Source: Rotaria socialis
Taxonomy: Eukaryota
Direction: 5' to 3'
NCBI GenBank assembly: GCA_905331015.1
Contig: CAJNXB010001701.1
Location: 1 to 25,441, forward strand
DNA: 25,441 nt
Shown here: in pieces, positions 20,036 to 25,441 of the stretch
Layout of the letters: each line of letters starts with the position of its first letter
Numbering within the stretch: the first letter of the stretch is position 1
The notes under the pieces: model-generated
Seen by the model: only the letters and a program-made list of their open reading frames with translations
Databases searched by the model: none
What the model was told of the DNA's origin: nothing
Made by a program: the position numbers and the translations under genes

Positions 20036-21154
20036 ATGGAAGAACAATGCGAAGCATTACAAATAATTTGTCTACAAACGTCTTTAACTCAGTATCATTA
20101 TCAATCTTATCCTATTCTAAAACAGTATTTTCTCGAACGTATTCGTCTTAGTATTAAATCCGAATCAACGAGAACGACTGATACTTCATCTAATGAAATC
20201 CGTGCAGAACATCCTACACTTGTTATTCTACCCGAATGTACAGGTACATGGCTTTATTTAATGTGTGTTCCGATGCCAACATTTTTACGTAATTATTTTT
20301 TTAATAATCATAATAGCAAATATAATCGTCATATATTATTTATATCGTATACATTATTAATTCATATGCGTTTATTTTGCAAAGAAATCTATCGAAATTA
20401 TCATTCCAAAATATCCTGGTTGGGTTTAATAAAACGTTCTTGGTTTAGTCTTTTTGCTGATCAAACGTCTACTATTTATAAACGATTATTTAGCGAATTA
20501 GCTGTTGAAACCAATTCTACTATAGTTGCTGGTTCGAATTTCGCCTATGAAAATCTTCATAAGAGAAAATTCTATAATATGTCGTGCGTATTTGAGCCTA
20601 AACATGGTTCGATTTGTCTTCAAGCTGGTAAAAAATATCCTGTTCAAGATGAAATAAGTTTTATTGATTGTTATGAAAATCAACCATTGATTGGCTCCAT
20701 TCCAAATACGAATATTGATATTGGCGTACTCGTATGTGCTGACAGTTGGATGCCGCAAGTCTATGAGCAATATAATAAAATTCAATTTTCATCTAAACGA
20801 CGGTTTCTTTTTATTATTGTTGCGTTAAACATTGGCCATTGGAAAATACCGTGGCCTGGCTATGATTCTAGTGTTGATCCACCAAACGATGTTGATAAGA
20901 ATCATGTAAATACTTTTTCGTTACCGAATGCATGGCTCCATTATGCAATAAATCGTGGATTTGATAGTTTAGATAGACGAAATGATTTAATTGGTTATGG
21001 CGTTGTTTGTTGTCAAGGTATATTAAATATAATGAATGACATTCAAGCACAAGGTGAAAGTATAATATTAATAAAACGTTCCAAGACAGAAGAAAAACTT
21101 CTATTTGAAGCTAAAACATGCGAAGATGAAAGAATAATGAAATGCGAATTTTGA
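20036..21154 (+). CDS. Nitrilase / carbon-nitrogen hydrolase superfamily protein (vanin-like layout), intact single exon, 372 aa
   Basis: E-K-C type motifs: HPTLVILPECTGTW (Glu), QAGKKYPVQDE (candidate Lys), IDIGVLVCADSW (Cys nucleophile). In-frame TAG is 15 nt upstream of the ATG (tag cct ttt ggt gaa ATG). Confidence 0.75.
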   Translation: MEEQCEALQIICLQTSLTQYHYQSYPILKQYFLERIRLSIKSESTRTTDTSSNEIRAEHPTLVILPECTGTWLYLMCVPMPTFLRNYFFNNHNSKYNRHILFISYTLLIHMRLFCKEIYRNYHSKISWLGLIKRSWFSLFADQTSTIYKRLFSELAVETNSTIVAGSNFAYENLHKRKFYNMSCVFEPKHGSICLQAGKKYPVQDEISFIDCYENQPLIGSIPNTNIDIGVLVCADSWMPQVYEQYNKIQFSSKRRFLFIIVALNIGHWKIPWPGYDSSVDPPNDVDKNHVNTFSLPNAWLHYAINRGFDSLDRRNDLIGYGVVCCQGILNIMNDIQAQGESIILIKRSKTEEKLLFEAKTCEDERIMKCEF

Positions 21155-21218
21155 TTTTAGATTTTTCTTTTTCTTTTCTTTATTTTTCGTATTGAATGAG
21201 TCGGTGATATTTTGAAGC

Positions 21219-21220
21219 AG
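21219..21220 (+). promoter_or_regulatory. Candidate (trans-)splice acceptor AG just upstream of the TRIC ATG
   Basis: Pyrimidine-rich tract tttttctttttcttttctttatttttcg is followed by ttgaagcag|gaagtaaaATG. Confidence 0.3.
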
Positions 21221-21228
21221 GAAGTAAA

Positions 21229-23335
21229 ATGAATAAAGAATTATTAATCTATATCGGATCACAGCTATCACAAATACGATTATATCCATTGTTCGATATA
21301 TGTCATTATCTATTAATTGCTATACAAGTACGAGATGATATTCAACAATGTCAAACAGGTGAGAAATTTTTTGAATAATAAACGAACGAGACCTAACTAT
21401 AGTTGGATGTATTGGGTACGTTCTATGATAAACTTAGACAGTTAGTATTATGCATATATATATATTTGCTGCAGATTATCCATCTGGTAGTTAACTTCTT
21501 ACATGATGGTATACAGTACAGATTTTGACTCTTGTATATTAATGTACAGAAATTCAGCATACAATTAGTTCTGTGATTAATGATAGAGATAGTGATCAGT
21601 AGGAAAGAATTAATTGTTAGTTTAACAAGTCTATTACGTATATGAAATATTAATGAACTTATTGCTCAGCTTATCTTTGATCGTAGCGATAGCTGTAAAT
21701 AGGAACAGATATATAAAAGAAAAAGTTCTGAATATTAAAAATTGCGAAAACAGTTTGTTTGCATTAGTTCAATTTGATTGATCATAGACTGGAAAATTAA
21801 ATGTTTTTTTTTGTCTGGCTCGATTAACCGATTTTTTGGTTTCAGCTATTCTATTGTTGTTCTTATTCTTTCAATTGATTTCACTGTACTCGTGAGATAT
21901 TCCGATGAATTGTTGCAGTACAACTGGATCTATAAGTATTCTTGTCTTTTTTTGACTTCATGAAGAAAACCGACAAGATTCTGAAGAGCCAATTGATAGA
22001 CTCATGCCCATATGTTATCATACGGTGTGACAAACACATATGTCCATCATACCCTGCAACCGAAATAAACTAATTTTTAGTTGATTTTGTCTCGTAATGT
22101 TTTTGTTATTTTTTTTTGTTTTGTGTTTATAGCCACACAAAATTTTACTCGTCGTCATCCATTATCATGTTGGTTATCAACAGTATTACTATGTTTTTCC
22201 GGTTCTATTCTAACGAATTTTCTACTTGCTGAAAGTCCATTGAAAGACTTTATTCACCATCAACATCTTCTATTAGCTACAGTCTGTTGGTACATTGTAT
22301 TTTATTTTCCGTTTGATTTTATTAATTATTTATTACGATTCCTACCTATTCGTCTTGTGATTGGCATCGGAAAAGAAATTCGACGGACGAAAACAATTTA
22401 TGACGGTGTTCGTCTAACTTTATCGTTATATCCCGATAGTTATATTATTGTTATACTCATCGGAGCTATTCGAGGTATAGATGAATAGTAAAAACATTCT
22501 TTAACTCATGCTGTTTAGGTTGTGGTGAAACAATAATGTCTTCTATTGATCGATTGATTCGCGGTGTATGGTTGCCTGCACAACATGAATTTCTTTTTCC
22601 ATCGTTGTAAGTTTTACAGATCTGCAATCATGTTGTGGTTGCAAGTAATTAGAAATTTATGAAATAGCGGTCACACTGATCTCGAAACATGATGTGCATT
22701 GGCTATTTTTAGTCCTAGGAATTTGAGTAAACATCGGTTGATGGTCACTCATTCAAAACATGTTAGCTAATAGTGGGCCTTCAGTAATCGAAAAAGACAT
22801 CTAGTGTAAAACTGTAGATTTCTAACTGTTGCTACGATAAAGTTTACATCCAACTTCTAGAATTTCTCTTTTAATTATTTTAGTGCAACAAAAGCATGTT
22901 TTCTTTCTTCATTGATATTTTTATTATATCGTATTGAGTTATTACGATTTCAACATGAATTAATCTATCTATGCGTTGCTTCAATATTTATCTATGTACG
23001 AATAATAACATCGTTCTTTAAACAATACGATCCTTTCATGCCATTTGAAAATCTTTCATCCGGTTTATTATTCAATAGTTGGATAGACATAATCGTAAAT
23101 ATTCGATAGAAAAATAAAAAATCGGTTAATCATTCATCTTATATTTTTTATGTTTTAGTCCGATGCATATCGACGTGCAACTATTAACAATAGTTTAACA
23201 ACTCCACAGAATCTCGCAATATCATCAGGTGGTCTTTCGCCGTCAAATACTTCAAACGCATTGATGAATACGAAAAAAGATGGCTTTAGTAACGATGGAC
23301 AAATGAAAGGATACGATGGAAAAAAACGGGATTGA
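21229..23335 (+). CDS. TMEM38: TRIC-type trimeric intracellular cation channel (TMEM38 family), 5 exons, 315 aa
   Basis: Exons 21229-21358, 22133-22474, 22519-22606, 22884-23094, 23159-23335; all introns GT-AG and phases agree (1,1,2,0). Protein: MNKELLIYIGSQLSQIRLYPLFDICHYLLIAIQVRDDIQQCQT-ATQNFTRRHPLSCWLSTVLLCFSGSILTNFLLAESPL...LLLATVCWYIVFYFPFDFINYLLRFLPIRLVIGIGKEIRRTKTIYDGV...VILIGAIRG-CGETIMSSIDRLIRGVWLPAQHEFLFPS-FATKACFLSSLIFLL...SWIDII-SDAYRRATINNSL...KGYDGKKRD*. The RRHP..CWL, KEIRRTK and RGVW signatures and helix pattern match TRIC channels. Confidence 0.9.
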
Positions 23336-23382
23336 TAGCTTTTTAAAAAAAAAAATATTATATTTGTTTTGTTTACAATGCA

Positions 23383-23412
23383 AGAAAAGAAAAGAAAAGA
23401 AAAGAAAAGAAG
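23383..23412. repeat. (AAAAG)n microsatellite
   Basis: agaaaagaaaagaaaagaaaagaagaa. Confidence 0.8.
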
Positions 23413-24622
23413 AATCTCGTCCTTTTTTGTAGATTTAGTTCTTTTAACCTTTTATTTCTTATAATCTCAATGCAGCATATATATGAACATCATTGAAATA
23501 CATAAATAAAGAACACCGTAATTTTGTTGATTTATATTCAACGATGCAGAAAAATATTTTCGTTACATGATCGAGTACAAACAGATGCAGCCACTGAGAT
23601 ATTCTTTGATCATTGCAGGCGAAAATGCGTCATCGAGAAATCGTGTCATCATTAGTGCAGTAAACAGACGACGCCTCGTGCCGTTCTTCCCACACGAACG
23701 GGTGAGTTGTACTTAGGAATGAATTTGCGTCGCCGTTTCTCCTACAGATGGGGATAGGAGCAATTTATTGGCACGAACAGAATACTTAAGAGCTTATCTT
23801 CCGAGATCAATGTTCAATGGTGTTTTAATTTTTCCGCATAAATTATTCAAGCTTTCGACAAATTAGACAGTTCCACGTGAGTGTTAAATGTAGATAACAA
23901 CAAGGTAATAGATCATAACTAGAATATTGCATATGACACCAAGTTCTGTTGTTAACAGCTTGTTCGCAGAATTTAGACCTTTTTAAATTCAAATAGTTCG
24001 GTCCGATTTACACGCCGATGTAATTAATCTTTCAAGTTCTCCGTCGTCAAACGAAGATATAAATACATAACAGTATTTTATGATTATTTTTCTGTGCGAA
24101 TTTTCCCGTAGAAAAATGAACATCAATTGGAATGATCAGAAAAAATCTTTAGATTACTAATAGTCGTGAGCCGTTGCGATCCATTCAGTCTATTGATGTT
24201 GCACGCAATATAAAATAAGTCACGATAAAAATGTCATAAAGAATAAATCAAACCAGGAAATAATAAAAACATTCTAAGTATAGGCTATTTATTTATAGGA
24301 AAACAGCCAGTCAACACATTCCATTTAATCATGCATAATTGAATGTGGTAAAAAATAATGTTCTGGATTCTTTATTTTAAACATCTCATTTTGGCTACAC
24401 ATCTACCATAACAAGAGATTCCAATATATATGTTTTTAAACAATGGTTGAAGTTTCGTGAACATTCTTTCTAAAATAAATCGAAGAAATGTTTTTTCGCG
24501 GCTCTGTATTGTATTGAAGACCGATGACAATTTTCAGTCTCCAACAAAATACTTTTTTTTCTTCAATAAAATTGTAACACAGTTAATAGATTATTGATTT
24601 TTTTTGCTTTGTATCTTTATAG

Positions 24623-25371
24623 CTGAGTCTACTGATTTAGTATGGGTATTAATTTCAACTGTACTTGTTTGGATTATGATACCGGGCAGTGGCCTGTACT
24701 CTTCAGGCATGATAAAACGTAAAAATGCTCTTTTAATTTTATGGCTAAGTCCGATGTCTGTTTCGGTTACTACAATGTAGATTTGTATTTACTTTTCAGT
24801 GGTTTCTATTTGGTCATCCGTTAAATTTCAGTCGATCGGGTTCAGCATTCATTGGCGATTTAGCTCGTATTACTCTGAAAAATATAATCAACGAATCACC
24901 AATTAATAAAACAACGATACCAACTATTGCTTATTGTTTATTTCCTCTCATGTTTGTATCGCAATGGATCCGGTCACAAAATGGTTGGGCTCGTTCACTT
25001 GGTTCACTAGATCATGCAGATGGCGCGCCCATACATATACAAGTTGGTACATCATCACTTGCCTATAGTTTACTGTTTGGAAAACGTCACGCAACTACGA
25101 ATAATACTTCTAAACATTCGAGTCCAAAATATAAATTTTCTCTTGCTAGATTTTGTATGGGTTCAATTGCTGGTCTTGTTTGTATTACACCTGGTTCTGG
25201 TTATGCTAGTATACCTGCATCAGTGGTACTTGGTACTTTTGGTAGTACATGTGTCTATTTCGGACGAAAAATAACCACCTATTCTTCAAATTGATGATCC
25301 ATTTGATATTTTTGCACAGCATGGCATTGGAGGTTTTGTTGGCTTGATATTAGCAGGTACATTTTCACAAG
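24623..25371 (+). pseudogene. Ammonium transporter (AMT/MEP/Rh family) copy, degraded and 3'-incomplete at the window edge
   Basis: Collinear AMT blocks: ESTDLVWVLISTVLVWIMIPGSGLYSSGMIKRKNALLILWLSPMSVSVTTM, (frame change) QWFLFGHPLNFSRSGSAFIGDLARI...IAYCLFPLMF, NGWARSLGSLDHADGAPIHIQVGTSSLAYSLLFGKR, FCMGSIAGLVCITPGSGYASIPASVVLGTFGS, (frame change at 25281-25283) LQIDDPFDIFAQHGIGGFVGLILAGTFSQEYIS. Conserved segments expected between LMF/NGW and GKR/SLARF are missing. Confidence 0.7.
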
Positions 25372-25441
25372 AATATATTTCAGAATTCGATGAAATTACC
25401 ATCTGCGGTGGGGGGGGGGGGGGGTGCGGGGGGGGGGATAA

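Noticed and set aside
25409-25438. Long poly-G run (ggtgggggggggggggggtgcggggggggggata) at the right edge
   Set aside because: Most likely low-quality contig-end sequence; no support for a biological G-tract.
1-25441. CRISPR arrays, toxin-antitoxin, phage defence or other prokaryotic systems
   Set aside because: No regularly spaced repeats or prokaryotic operons; spliced genes and metazoan domains show this is a eukaryotic window.

Overview
This is a eukaryotic window. The protein families, the ~45-90 nt introns and the TGTGGG-like motifs suggest a bdelloid rotifer, but that is inference. No prokaryotic system, CRISPR array, rRNA or tRNA was recognised. Content from left to right: (i) the 3' end of an NHL-repeat protein gene (+), truncated at 298; (ii) a minus-strand F-box/LRR-like gene at ~918-2677 with about three frame breaks; (iii) a 150-160 bp foldback MITE at 2710-2870 and a TIR-bounded MITE-like element at 4842-5005, then scrambled low-copy repeats to ~5.7 kb; (iv) an intact intronless 990-aa NIDO-AMOP-VWD secreted/surface protein (-, 6058-9030) with a TATA box; (v) a large minus-strand LDLa + EGF + 7TM receptor-like gene at ~10088-16312; (vi) a ~3.5 kb stretch with no recognised coding; (vii) an intact nitrilase-superfamily gene (+, 20036-21154), followed 74 bp later by a complete 5-exon TRIC/TMEM38 cation-channel gene (+, 21229-23335); (viii) a degraded ammonium-transporter (AMT) gene at the right edge. 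The most interesting observation is a ~962 bp non-autonomous DNA element (15126-16087) with terminal CCCATGT/ACATGGG and dense subterminal CGTAACTGCG-type motifs. It sits inside the N-terminal coding region of the receptor gene. Removing the element plus one AG target duplication restores a continuous reading frame (...KKKCENQ|GKRCLLRDLIDQNVEPN...). An in-frame alternative GT-AG splice that would remove the element as an intron also exists. The same gene carries a homopolymer frameshift and an in-frame TAA. Adjacent genes (iv, vii) are intact, so these lesions look more like real decay than uniform sequencing error.
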